A stretch of 64,000 bases of DNA from positions 24,799-88,798 of IMG/VR virus record IMGVR_UViG_3300033070_000552; one strand, written 5' to 3'. The stretch comes from a virus (Duplodnaviria > Caudoviricetes). Shown in pieces: positions 19,419-28,010 of the stretch (positions within the stretch are counted from its first letter, which is position 1; every line of letters begins with the position of its first letter). The position numbers and the translations under genes are program-made. A model generated the notes under the pieces. That model was given only the letters and a program-made list of their open reading frames with translations, was not told the DNA's origin and did not search any database.

Positions 19419-19946
19419 TTACGCGCCGATCTGAATCTTGCCGTACTGCTGGCCCGAGGTGCGCGTGGTGTCGGTCTCGGCAACGAAGTTGACGGGGTAC
19501 TGAAGGAACGAGTCCTCCTTGAAGTCGAGCTGAAAAGCACCGCCGGGGGTCGTCTTGAACATGTCGATCTGGATGACCTGGTTGTCCTCGCGGGTGTTCT
19601 CGAACCGCACCGCGTACCGCGTGATGTTCTTGTGACCGCCGAACATGAACTTCGAGGAGCTGATCTGGCCCGCCGTGGTGGGCTGGAACACCTTCACCAT
19701 GTTGGCCATCGAGGTTTCGGCGAACTGGGCGTCAAGCTCGAAGCGGTCGGTGTAGACGAGCCGCTTCACGAACACGCCCGAGGCGATGAACTCCTTGAGG
19801 TCCCGTTGGTACTTGAAGGTCGCACCCTTCAAGTAGCCAACGTCGGTGTACGTGGTGGGCGAGACGGCGTACGCGGCCATCGCGAGTACGCCGAGACCAA
19901 ACGCGACGGACGACGAGTCCTTGACCTCAGTGAGTGTTGCGGGCAT
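19419..19946 (-). CDS. major tail (tube) protein
   Basis: 175 aa, DVGYLKGATFKYQRD..., beta-rich; position upstream of the chaperones. Confidence 0.75.
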   Translation of the reverse strand: MPATLTEVKDSSSVAFGLGVLAMAAYAVSPTTYTDVGYLKGATFKYQRDLKEFIASGVFVKRLVYTDRFELDAQFAETSMANMVKVFQPTTAGQISSSKFMFGGHKNITRYAVRFENTREDNQVIQIDMFKTTPGGAFQLDFKEDSFLQYPVNFVAETDTTRTSGQQYGKIQIGA

Positions 19947-19996
19947 GGGGGAAACTCCGGGAACGACGGAAGATCGAGAGCGGTTTGTCGGTACCT

Positions 19997-20024
19997 ATTC
20001 TCGCATGCCTTCCGTTTTTGTCAA
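19997..20024 (-). promoter_or_regulatory. sigma70-like promoter upstream of the major tail gene
   Basis: TTGACA-N16-GAGAAT with TG in the extended -10 position. Confidence 0.55.
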
Positions 20025-20043
20025 ACGCCTGGCGGTCCGTCGG

Positions 20044-20484
20044 CTAGAGCGGCCTGTTGCGATCCCTTCCGATGACCTCGAATTGCAGAACCCCGCTGTA
20101 CGAGTTGTCGTCTCCGATTTTTTCCGGGGCGATCGTCATCACGGGTTCGGTCGTTGCCTTCACTACGAGCGATACCGTCGACGGCAGCACTCCCCACACT
20201 CCGGGCGATCCCGGGGGCTTATAGACCGTATCGAAAACCGCCGACAGAACGTCGTAGCACTGCTGCTCGCCCACGCGAACTCCGTAAATGCGAACGGTCG
20301 TCTTGTTGAATCCCCGAAACTCGGCGGGCAACTCTGAAATGATATGAACGTACACGCCCTCGTCGGACGGGTACGACTGCCCGGCGGCGAGAACGGACTT
20401 GCTCCCCTTCGTGAACAGGGACGTGATCGCGCTCTCCGCCGACAGCATGGCAATAAGCCACGCCTTGGTTCGATCGCCCATCAT
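20044..20484 (-). CDS. tail terminator/completion protein
   Basis: MMGDRTKAWLIAMLSAESAIT...; position before the major tail gene; ATGA coupling. Confidence 0.6.
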   Translation of the reverse strand: MMGDRTKAWLIAMLSAESAITSLFTKGSKSVLAAGQSYPSDEGVYVHIISELPAEFRGFNKTTVRIYGVRVGEQQCYDVLSAVFDTVYKPPGSPGVWGVLPSTVSLVVKATTEPVMTIAPEKIGDDNSYSGVLQFEVIGRDRNRPL

Positions 20485-21074
20485 GGGTTGGTGCTCCTGA
20501 ACGCATTGGCGAGACGCTGGTACGCCGCGTCGTAGACCATCTGCGGAAACCTCGCGGAAATCCTCGCGAACGACGGCACGAGCCACGGGCGGGGGGCGAT
20601 ACCGAACCGGGCGATCTTGCGACCGATGAGAAACGTGAGCGACCGGAGATCGCTTTCCTCGGGCCTGCGAGCCCGCCCGCTCTTGGTACGTCCCGACGGG
20701 GCGAGCTGCTTGTAGTGCCGCTTGACCCACTCGTAGATCACGGAGACGGGTGGCCACGCGGCGGTTGCCCCGAGTGTCTTGTTCGATCGCGGGTCCCGCT
20801 CGGAGCCAGCACGCCCGAACTCGACCCATTGGGCGTGGATCGCCCCCGAGTAGACAACCCCCTGTGCGCCGCCGGTGGTCTTGGTTACCTCCTGGGAGAC
20901 CGACGCGCGGAGCAATCCCTGGTCGACGGCGTGGAGGTCGGTCAGGGTTTTCTGTGCGAGCGCGGCGGTTGCGAGCGTGGCCGCCCGACAGGCGTCGTAC
21001 GCGGCCTCGCGGAGAGCGGGCTGCATGAGAACGATCCTCGATCGCGGGTCGCCATTTGGAAACGATACCGGCAT
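20481..21074 (-). CDS. HK97 gp10-like neck/tail completion protein
   Basis: AVDQGLLRAS and HAQWVEFG motifs. Confidence 0.7.
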   Translation of the reverse strand: MPVSFPNGDPRSRIVLMQPALREAAYDACRAATLATAALAQKTLTDLHAVDQGLLRASVSQEVTKTTGGAQGVVYSGAIHAQWVEFGRAGSERDPRSNKTLGATAAWPPVSVIYEWVKRHYKQLAPSGRTKSGRARRPEESDLRSLTFLIGRKIARFGIAPRPWLVPSFARISARFPQMVYDAAYQRLANAFRSTNP

Positions 21075-21081
21075 GGCACCA

Positions 21082-21492
21082 TCATACCCGAGGGTTGATT
21101 TCGGTGTCGCCCTCGTTGTACTTAGTGGTGTTGCCGAGTTCCTTGCGGGCGAGGCTGTACTCGAAGTGGGAGATGCCAACCTCCTGCCGGTTGTCGTCGA
21201 CCCCGAGCACGAGGTAGCTCGCCCCACGAAAGGTCACGTAGTCGCCGATACGTCCGCCCCCGTACTCGGAGAAGAACACCGAGTCACGCTTGGTTCGCAG
21301 GCCCTCGGGATCGCGGGCGGCGAGCCTCGACGACCGGAACCCCGCCCCGCGAGACGCGGACGACTCAAAGAGCCCCGTCGTCGTGACCGGCCACCCCGAG
21401 ACCTCGGTGGTCGATGTCATATTGCCGAGGGCGTCCTTGGTCCCGGCCTGGTATCGGTGAAAGGCGACGGTGTGCGATTCGAGAAGTCCCAT
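21082..21492 (-). CDS. head-tail adaptor / head closure protein
   Basis: GTKDALGN..., GDYVTFRGASYLV; position-based. Confidence 0.6.
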   Translation of the reverse strand: MGLLESHTVAFHRYQAGTKDALGNMTSTTEVSGWPVTTTGLFESSASRGAGFRSSRLAARDPEGLRTKRDSVFFSEYGGGRIGDYVTFRGASYLVLGVDDNRQEVGISHFEYSLARKELGNTTKYNEGDTEINPRV

Positions 21493-21507
21493 GCGGGGAT
21501 TGTACCG

Positions 21508-22488
21508 CTATCCGCCAAACCCGAGCGACTTGGCGATATCGCCCTTGGGGGGCTCGCCGTAGACGTGGCCGAGCAGGGCGGGGTTCTCGATGATCCCGCC
21601 GAGCCGACGGATCAGCGCGTCGCAATCGCGACCGACAAGACGCCTTGGGTCGATGAGCTTCTCGATGTTGTCCATGTCGTCGAGCATGGAGAGACGCCAG
21701 ATATCGAGCGCCTCGAACATGTGCAACGGACGCGGGTAGTCGCGGGGGCGAACCTTGGCCATGCCCGGGACCCGATCCTGCGGACCCTGCCTCGTGGGGA
21801 TTGTCGGCTCGCCCTCGATAAACGAGTACCCCTCCATCATTCGCTCGGCGACGAACCCGGCGGTCACCCCGACGACGCGGCGGTCGCGGTTGAGCATGCG
21901 AACGAACCGGGCCCCCTGCACGTCCTCGGTCTCCTCGGAGATCGGCGGGCGGGTCTCGGTTCGCTTTGAAAGAGCGGCGACGCGGGTCTGGGGTTTGGGA
22001 TCGGGCTTTGGCTGCTCGTCCTCGTCGTCCTTCGGACGCGGCGCACGCTTGACGCGGCGATAGGGCCGCTCGTCCTCGTCGATCCCCTCGATCTTGATTT
22101 TGGTGGGGGTGGGCTCGGAGTCGTCCTCCTCGGGCTCGATCGGGCGAACGGTGATCCGGCCCACGCGGGTCATGGGCGGGGGGCTCCTCGGGGCGGGCTC
22201 GGTAAAGCCCTCGTCCTCCGCGACGCTCCCGGGGCCGGGTTTATTTCGTGGTGAAATAACGGGCCTGGGCTTGGACGCCTTGGGGGGATTGACCGGATTG
22301 GGCGGCTCGACGATCGCGTCCGGGGCGAGGATGAGCGGCCTCTTGGGGGCGACACGGACGGCGGGGGCCGACACCTCCGGTTTATTTCGTGGTGAAATAA
22401 CGGAATCCTTGCGTCGTTCCGGGGGCTTGATCTTCGCGGTTGTCGGTTTGGTGATTCGAACGGACTCGATGCGGGTCTGCTTGGCCAT
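21508..22488 (-). CDS. hypothetical protein, Pro/charged low-complexity N-terminus
   Basis: 326 aa; contains two copies of the palindrome read as ISPRN. Confidence 0.55.
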   Translation of the reverse strand: MAKQTRIESVRITKPTTAKIKPPERRKDSVISPRNKPEVSAPAVRVAPKRPLILAPDAIVEPPNPVNPPKASKPRPVISPRNKPGPGSVAEDEGFTEPAPRSPPPMTRVGRITVRPIEPEEDDSEPTPTKIKIEGIDEDERPYRRVKRAPRPKDDEDEQPKPDPKPQTRVAALSKRTETRPPISEETEDVQGARFVRMLNRDRRVVGVTAGFVAERMMEGYSFIEGEPTIPTRQGPQDRVPGMAKVRPRDYPRPLHMFEALDIWRLSMLDDMDNIEKLIDPRRLVGRDCDALIRRLGGIIENPALLGHVYGEPPKGDIAKSLGFGG

Positions 22489-22506
22489 CGGCGAAATACT
22501 CCTCGG

Positions 22507-23331
22507 CTATTGCTTCCTGAGTGGCAACGGCCGGACGGGGAAGTACGACAGGGCCGAGCATGGCGAAAGGTTCACCACCTCGACCCCGATCTTGGCGGCA
22601 TGATACGCGATTGTTTCGTAGCCCGCGAACATATTGACCCGCTGCGGGTAGTTCTTTGACCTCTCCCCGGCCTCGCGCGTCCCGAACCCGTGGGTCTTGT
22701 CGCCGACACACTGGAGGTCGTGCCCGAGCAGATAGATCGGGCCGCACCCCATCCACATCGCGACTTGGATCGCCGCGACCCCCGACGACCACCCGTGGAA
22801 AAGCTGTCCGACGACATACTCGATGTTTCGAGGGCCAAGCTGGTTGGGGTCCTGCATCGCCCCCGTCGGGGTATAGATGTAATCAACATCCTCCTGGCAC
22901 TCGAACCCCGCGATCAGGAGCGATCCGGGGTTGGCGGCAAGCAGCGCCCGGAGCTGGTGGTAGCGGTCGTCCCAAAGCCCCCCGTCGATAATCATCAGGT
23001 AGTCGAGCCGGGGCACGGGATGGCCGCCCATCGAGCGGTCGGCGTCGTTGGTCGCGAACACGACCGGGTTTGCTTCGTCTAGGAGCCCCCGTACGGCGTT
23101 TGGATCGACAAGACCGCTAGACGGCCCCGAGGCGATCACGAGGGCGGGGCGACCCTTGTGGAGCCCGGGCATGGCCCCGTAGAGCGACCCCCGACGGTCG
23201 GGGTAGGGGTCGGGCTTCCACCCGTCCCTGAGTCGCTCCCTGGCGAGCCACGGGGGCATATCGACCTTGCGTTTTCCATCGGGGGAGATCAGACGGACGG
23301 CGGGCTCGCTCATAGCCGAAAGATTAGCCAC
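22507..23331 (-). CDS. DUF115/Maf-like (glycosyltransferase-related) protein
   Basis: HKGRPALVIASGPS, VFATND, SSGVAAIQVAMWMGCGPIYLLGHDL. Confidence 0.75.
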   Translation of the reverse strand: MANLSAMSEPAVRLISPDGKRKVDMPPWLARERLRDGWKPDPYPDRRGSLYGAMPGLHKGRPALVIASGPSSGLVDPNAVRGLLDEANPVVFATNDADRSMGGHPVPRLDYLMIIDGGLWDDRYHQLRALLAANPGSLLIAGFECQEDVDYIYTPTGAMQDPNQLGPRNIEYVVGQLFHGWSSGVAAIQVAMWMGCGPIYLLGHDLQCVGDKTHGFGTREAGERSKNYPQRVNMFAGYETIAYHAAKIGVEVVNLSPCSALSYFPVRPLPLRKQ

Positions 23332-23338
23332 CGGCGCA

Positions 23339-23375
23339 CGAAAAAACCCGGCGTGGTTCCGTCAACCACGCCGGG
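23339..23375 (-). terminator. intrinsic terminator after the major capsid gene
   Basis: CCCGGCGTGGTT-GACGG-AACCACGCCGGG then TTTTTT. Confidence 0.85.
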
Positions 23376-23415
23376 CCTCTGGAGAACCCGAGCGACGCGC
23401 TCGGCAAACCGCAAC

Positions 23416-24351
23416 TTAGAACGAGGCCTTCATCGAGACGAGCAACTGCGAGTCGAGCGTCTTGACGCCGTAGAGAAGATCGACCGAGATCATCGTGGCG
23501 AAGAAAAGGTGCTGGTAGGAGATCGTCACCCGCAGCGAGAGGCCCGCGTCGGGATCGGTCGCGACCTGCTGCTCAGCGCCCGCCGTGCGGCCCGTCGCCG
23601 TGCCGAGCACGCGGGTGACGAGGGCCATCGCGTCGCGGTGCATCGCGAGGTTGTGGCGAACGTTGGGCGAGCCCGCGTTGATCACGTTGCTCGAACGATA
23701 CACGTCGAACCCGCGAAGCCGACGGATGTACCCATCGCGAAGGGCGGCGTCGCTGCCCGACTCGTTGGTCTTGGTGATCGTGTCGAGGTTCAAGATCGCT
23801 TCCTCGTCGTCGTCGCTGACGATGAGAACGCGGTTGGGCTCAGGGGACTTGTTCTTGTTGAGGCGGGTGCGGGCCTTGACCACCTTCAAACGCCAGTCGT
23901 TGGCCGAGGTGAGGTCGACGCCGTACGAGGCGTCGGGGTAGAGCGCAAGCAGCGACTTGTCGAGCTGGTTGGCGACGGCGAGCATGGCGGGCTCCATGTA
24001 CTCGTTCATGAGGTTCGCGACCGACCGGCTCGCTTCGCGGTCCTTGATCTTGAACGTCGCGTGCTTGTGGTTGTTCAGGGTCACGGCAACGTTGGTCGCC
24101 GAGAGGTTCTGAACACCGAGGCCGCCGTTGATGTCAGCGCCCGAGACGGCGGCGGTGTTGCCCGCGTCGGTATCAACGTCCGAGATCGTCATCGTGCCCG
24201 GCTTGCGGGTGTTGACGACATCGCCCATCTGGGCCAGATCATTCTGGAAATCGAGACGAACGAGCTTGGGGAGGGCGATCTTCTCGTGCAGGATCGCGAT
24301 GCCCTGCTTGGACCAGATCGTGGGGTCGTACGCGGTGATGCTATTGGCCAT
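23416..24351 (-). CDS. major capsid protein (HK97 fold, P22 coat-like)
   Basis: MANSI...GDVVNTRKPG, LNNHKHATF, EPAMLAVANQLD, LRGFDVYRS, DLLYGVK; SD AGGAG upstream. Confidence 0.85.
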   Translation of the reverse strand: MANSITAYDPTIWSKQGIAILHEKIALPKLVRLDFQNDLAQMGDVVNTRKPGTMTISDVDTDAGNTAAVSGADINGGLGVQNLSATNVAVTLNNHKHATFKIKDREASRSVANLMNEYMEPAMLAVANQLDKSLLALYPDASYGVDLTSANDWRLKVVKARTRLNKNKSPEPNRVLIVSDDDEEAILNLDTITKTNESGSDAALRDGYIRRLRGFDVYRSSNVINAGSPNVRHNLAMHRDAMALVTRVLGTATGRTAGAEQQVATDPDAGLSLRVTISYQHLFFATMISVDLLYGVKTLDSQLLVSMKASF

Positions 24352-24423
24352 GTGAGACACTCCTGGGTCGGGATCCGTGCGTCGGAACACCCGACGCTCC
24401 CGGCCCGATTGATGACTCGACCC

Positions 24424-24459
24424 ATTTTCTCACAAACCCAAATTCTGTCAACCTGTCAA
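24424..24459 (-). promoter_or_regulatory. sigma70-like promoter upstream of the major capsid gene
   Basis: Tandem TTGACA (24454-59, 24446-51), N16, TG-A-GAAAAT. Confidence 0.6.
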
Positions 24460-24468
24460 GCCGCCCGG

Positions 24469-24506
24469 AAAACAACACGCCCCGGGTGTGTGACCCCGGG
24501 GCGTGC
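24469..24506 (-). terminator. intrinsic terminator after the scaffold gene
   Basis: CACGCCCCGGG-loop-CCCGGGGCGTG then TTGTTTT. Confidence 0.7.
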
Positions 24507-24543
24507 TCCACTCAACTCCACGGCACCTTGTGTGGGGTTGGCG

Positions 24544-25380
24544 TTATGCGGTCTCGGCGGCCTTGGGGAGCGGGTTGATATGCCGCGTGTTGGAGTCGGC
24601 CTGGGCGAAAATCTTGCTCTTGTTCTTGTTGAACTCCGCGACGGACATGTTGGCGATATCGTCGCTGGAGAACTGGCCGTTGACGCCGGTCCCCGCCCCG
24701 GTCTGCGACTGCGATCCCGATCCGCCCTTGGGCTTGACCGCCGCCGCCCACGCGGTCTTGGCGATCTTGTCGGCGACGAACTCCTCGGGCGTCATGGGGT
24801 TACCCTTCGCGTTGCGGGGCGAGGTCTTGGTGATCGGGTCCTGGATCATAAATGCGCCGGGCACGGCGGGGTTGTCGACGAACCAGTCGGCGAGCCGCAG
24901 GGCCGCGATGATCTGGTCGGCGGGGACCTCGGTGTGCTTGGGGCACTCGTTGGTGAGGAAGTTGGTGAGCCGCATGTCGCGGATGCGGGCGTCGGCCTCC
25001 GCCTTGGCCTTGGAGGCCTCCTGCTGGGCGCTGGCGAGATCGTTCTGGGCCTGGTCGAGAAGTTTCTTCAGCTCGCCCTGTTCGAGCAGTCGCTTGTTCT
25101 CTGCCTCGGCCTTCTCCCTCTTGAGCTTGTCGAGTTCCTTTTTGTCCGCGTCGCTCACGGTGTTCTTCGAGAGGTCCGCGATCTTGGCGTTGAGTTCGGC
25201 AAGCTGGGCGTCGCGGGCGACAAGTTCGTCCCGCAGCCGCTTCTCGTTATCGCTCGGGCCTCCGGGGCCGGGAGCGGGGGGATCGCCTTCGGGGCGATCA
25301 AATCGGGAGGTGATCGATCCCGCCACCAGAAGCATGGCGAGAGCGGAATCGGGGAAGCGACGGCGACGACGGTTTTTCAT
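24544..25380 (-). CDS. capsid scaffolding protein
   Basis: Charged coiled-coil, PKGGSGS near the C-terminus, directly before the MCP. Confidence 0.75.
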   Translation of the reverse strand: MKNRRRRRFPDSALAMLLVAGSITSRFDRPEGDPPAPGPGGPSDNEKRLRDELVARDAQLAELNAKIADLSKNTVSDADKKELDKLKREKAEAENKRLLEQGELKKLLDQAQNDLASAQQEASKAKAEADARIRDMRLTNFLTNECPKHTEVPADQIIAALRLADWFVDNPAVPGAFMIQDPITKTSPRNAKGNPMTPEEFVADKIAKTAWAAAVKPKGGSGSQSQTGAGTGVNGQFSSDDIANMSVAEFNKNKSKIFAQADSNTRHINPLPKAAETA

Positions 25381-25416
25381 GGACGGGGTTCCTTGAGGCG
25401 TTGATCGATCCGGGGT

Positions 25417-25944
25417 TTATCCACGGCCCGTGTACAGGGACGTAACGGCCGAGCGGATCAACCCGGCGCGCTGGAGAATGGTGAGGGTGGCGATCGACAC
25501 GTTCTTGTTGGCGGCGTTGGCCCGCTGGGGGTCGATGCGGTACGAGACCGATCCGACGGACGACTCGACGATGCCCCGCTTGATGTCCTTGGCGATCGCG
25601 TCGATCGCGTTGAAGTACGAGCACGCCTCGGCGACCTGGGCGAGCTTGATCGGGTCGTTGATGACGTTCTCGTTCTCGGGGCGGTCGGTCCCGAGCCTAG
25701 GGCATGCGCGGGACTGGTTCTCATAGGTTTTCTCGCCCTTGAACTGGAGCGAGTCCATCCCGACCGCCGCGTCGATGAGGGCCTGGGTTTGCAGGTCGCT
25801 CGGCGCGGCGACGAACCCCGACGTATCGACCCCGTAGACCTTGTAGGCCGCGAGCCTGGTCGCGTAGGTCAGGGCCTCGGTGAGATCGGCCACGTACGAG
25901 TTGGTGGTGGTGCCGGACCTGGTTGCGTCGAGTGTTGCGGTCAT
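25417..25944 (-). CDS. head-tail connector/adaptor (DnaT-like phage family)
   Basis: TNSYVADLTEALTYA, QALIDA, FKGEK...QSRACPR, VKLAQVAEA. Confidence 0.65.
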   Translation of the reverse strand: MTATLDATRSGTTTNSYVADLTEALTYATRLAAYKVYGVDTSGFVAAPSDLQTQALIDAAVGMDSLQFKGEKTYENQSRACPRLGTDRPENENVINDPIKLAQVAEACSYFNAIDAIAKDIKRGIVESSVGSVSYRIDPQRANAANKNVSIATLTILQRAGLIRSAVTSLYTGRG

Positions 25945-26009
25945 GGTGCGGTTGATAATACCGCATTTGGGAGTCCGCGTCACCTTCGGGGTACGGCTGG
26001 GAGTTTATT

Positions 26010-26744
26010 TCATGGTGAAATAACCCGGAATGGCCGACCCGGCATCCTTCGGCCCGAGGGCTTGTACCCGGGGGAGGCGGCCCCCGAAACGACCGCGATC
26101 TCCCTGAACAGCCCCTCGATCTTCACGAGCCTCTGCCGGATGTACTCCCGCGTGAACCCGAGCGAGTTGCCGACTTGTTCGAGCGTCCGTCCGCTCAACC
26201 TTCCGACGACGATGAGATACTCGATATCGTCCAGCGAGTCCATGATCGCGTGAACCGCCTGCCGCTCGATCGGCGAAAGAGGCTCAGGCGTTTCCGATCG
26301 GTCTACGAGCTGCGAGGCCCGGTCCCACTTGGCGATTTTGCCGTACGGATCGCTCAGCGATTGAACGTACCCGGTCCTTCGCATGATCTCCGCCGTTTGC
26401 TCGGGCATCTGGTGGAAGTCGACGACCCCGCGAATCAGCCTGTCGTTTCGTCTCCGCATACGAACGAGCCAGTGGGGCAGGAAGTTGAACGCGGCGGTCT
26501 TTGGGTCGCACGAGCCGTCGTACTTCGAGAGGCGGTCGCCGACGTACTCGAATGCATAAGACACGTACTCGTCGGCCCGGTCCCCGCAGCACTTCCCGCA
26601 GTGGAACCGGATCAGGCCGATATGTCGCTCGATGAATGCGTTGCGGGCCTGGGTGTCGCCCCTGGAGGCGGCCTCGGCAAGATCGCGATCGGTGCGGGGA
26701 TCGGCGGATCGCTTGGGGTCCTGAACGTAACGGATATTTGACAT
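26010..26744 (-). CDS. RNA polymerase sigma-70-family factor
   Basis: Region 2-like GDTQARNAFIERHIGLI and region 4 HTH GRTLEQVGNSLGFTREYIRQ. Confidence 0.85.
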   Translation of the reverse strand: MSNIRYVQDPKRSADPRTDRDLAEAASRGDTQARNAFIERHIGLIRFHCGKCCGDRADEYVSYAFEYVGDRLSKYDGSCDPKTAAFNFLPHWLVRMRRRNDRLIRGVVDFHQMPEQTAEIMRRTGYVQSLSDPYGKIAKWDRASQLVDRSETPEPLSPIERQAVHAIMDSLDDIEYLIVVGRLSGRTLEQVGNSLGFTREYIRQRLVKIEGLFREIAVVSGAASPGYKPSGRRMPGRPFRVISP

Positions 26745-26777
26745 TCTGGAGACGTTCCCGTTGATAGATCGGCAAGG

Positions 26778-27851
26778 CTAGGGGGTTTTGAGCAGTCGTC
26801 GAATCTGATCGTCGGTCTTGATCGATCCGTCGCGGTTGATCATGTCGGGGAGCGAGAGCTTGCGCGACTCGAACGCCTCCCGCTTGAGGTTCGATGGAAA
26901 GAAGTCGGCCCGGAAGTCTGGTGTCTCATTTCGCAAGAACTTCTCGAACGATCGGTCGGCGTTGCGGAAATACGTCCCGCCGGTGGGGGTCTGGTACGCG
27001 GCGACGTTGTAGGTCTCGTATCCGAGCCTCTTGTCGATCAGGACCGGCAAAAGTATGCACCGACAAAGTTGGTGCTGGGGAACGGGTGGCGCATCATCGA
27101 CCGGGTACTCGCGGCCGTGCAGCGATGAACAACGTAAACAGGTTCTACGGTCGAATGTCGCCTCATAGCGAACCCCATCGATCAAGTCGGAGTTCTTGCG
27201 ATAGGTGTCGAGGTGGGCGGCGTTCGAGGCCGCCATCATCGACGTGCGGGCGAGCGATCGGATCTCGCCGACGACCCTCCCGGCGCCCGCCCGGGCTTTC
27301 CACTTCGAGACCAGATCGCTCAGGAGGTATCCATCGGCGACCGCCGACGCGAGATCGGCCCGCATGAGTGACTCGACCCGGGCGGGGATATTGGCGAGCG
27401 ACTTCATTTCCGATCGGCCCGGCAGATCGGTCATGGCGAGCGACGTCCGCACCGCCGGGATATCCACCTTCGAGAACGAGACCCCGCTGGTCGAGATCGA
27501 CGCGGGGGCGTTGTGGGCGATCCCGGAGGCCACGCGGTAAATCTCCGAACGGTAGACCGCCTCGGCCTCGGCCCCGACGACGGCCTTGATCCTGGCGGCC
27601 TCCGCGGCGGTGATCCGGCGAAGCCCCTGCAAGATCGCCGCGCGGCGGGCGATGATGTCCTTGACCTCTTTCGAGAACGCCCCGCCACCCAAGATCGATC
27701 GAAGCTCGGCATCCCATTGGTCGTAAAGCCGGGAGAGCATCGAGGCCACGCGGGCGTCTAACGCCGCCTCCCGCTGGATCAACCTCGCCCGGAGGTCCAA
27801 GAGGTCGCGTAGGAGGCCCTCGGGGGCGTTCTGTGGGGAGGGGGGTGGCAT
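26778..27851 (-). CDS. minor head protein (SPP1 gp7 / Mu F-like)
   Basis: YEATFDRRTCLRCSSLHG...PQHQLCRC. Confidence 0.88.
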   Translation of the reverse strand: MPPPSPQNAPEGLLRDLLDLRARLIQREAALDARVASMLSRLYDQWDAELRSILGGGAFSKEVKDIIARRAAILQGLRRITAAEAARIKAVVGAEAEAVYRSEIYRVASGIAHNAPASISTSGVSFSKVDIPAVRTSLAMTDLPGRSEMKSLANIPARVESLMRADLASAVADGYLLSDLVSKWKARAGAGRVVGEIRSLARTSMMAASNAAHLDTYRKNSDLIDGVRYEATFDRRTCLRCSSLHGREYPVDDAPPVPQHQLCRCILLPVLIDKRLGYETYNVAAYQTPTGGTYFRNADRSFEKFLRNETPDFRADFFPSNLKREAFESRKLSLPDMINRDGSIKTDDQIRRLLKTP

Positions 27852-28010
27852 TAGGCGGGGTTGGAGGGCGATGCGTCCTGGGGGATCGTAGGGGAAACGG
27901 CGGCGTTATTTCGTGGTGAAATATCGGAGCCCCGAAGGGCCATCCTGGCGAGCTGCGCCCGCTGAACCCCTAGAAGCCCTTTGGAGTATCTCGCCGTGGG
28001 GTTTGCCGCG

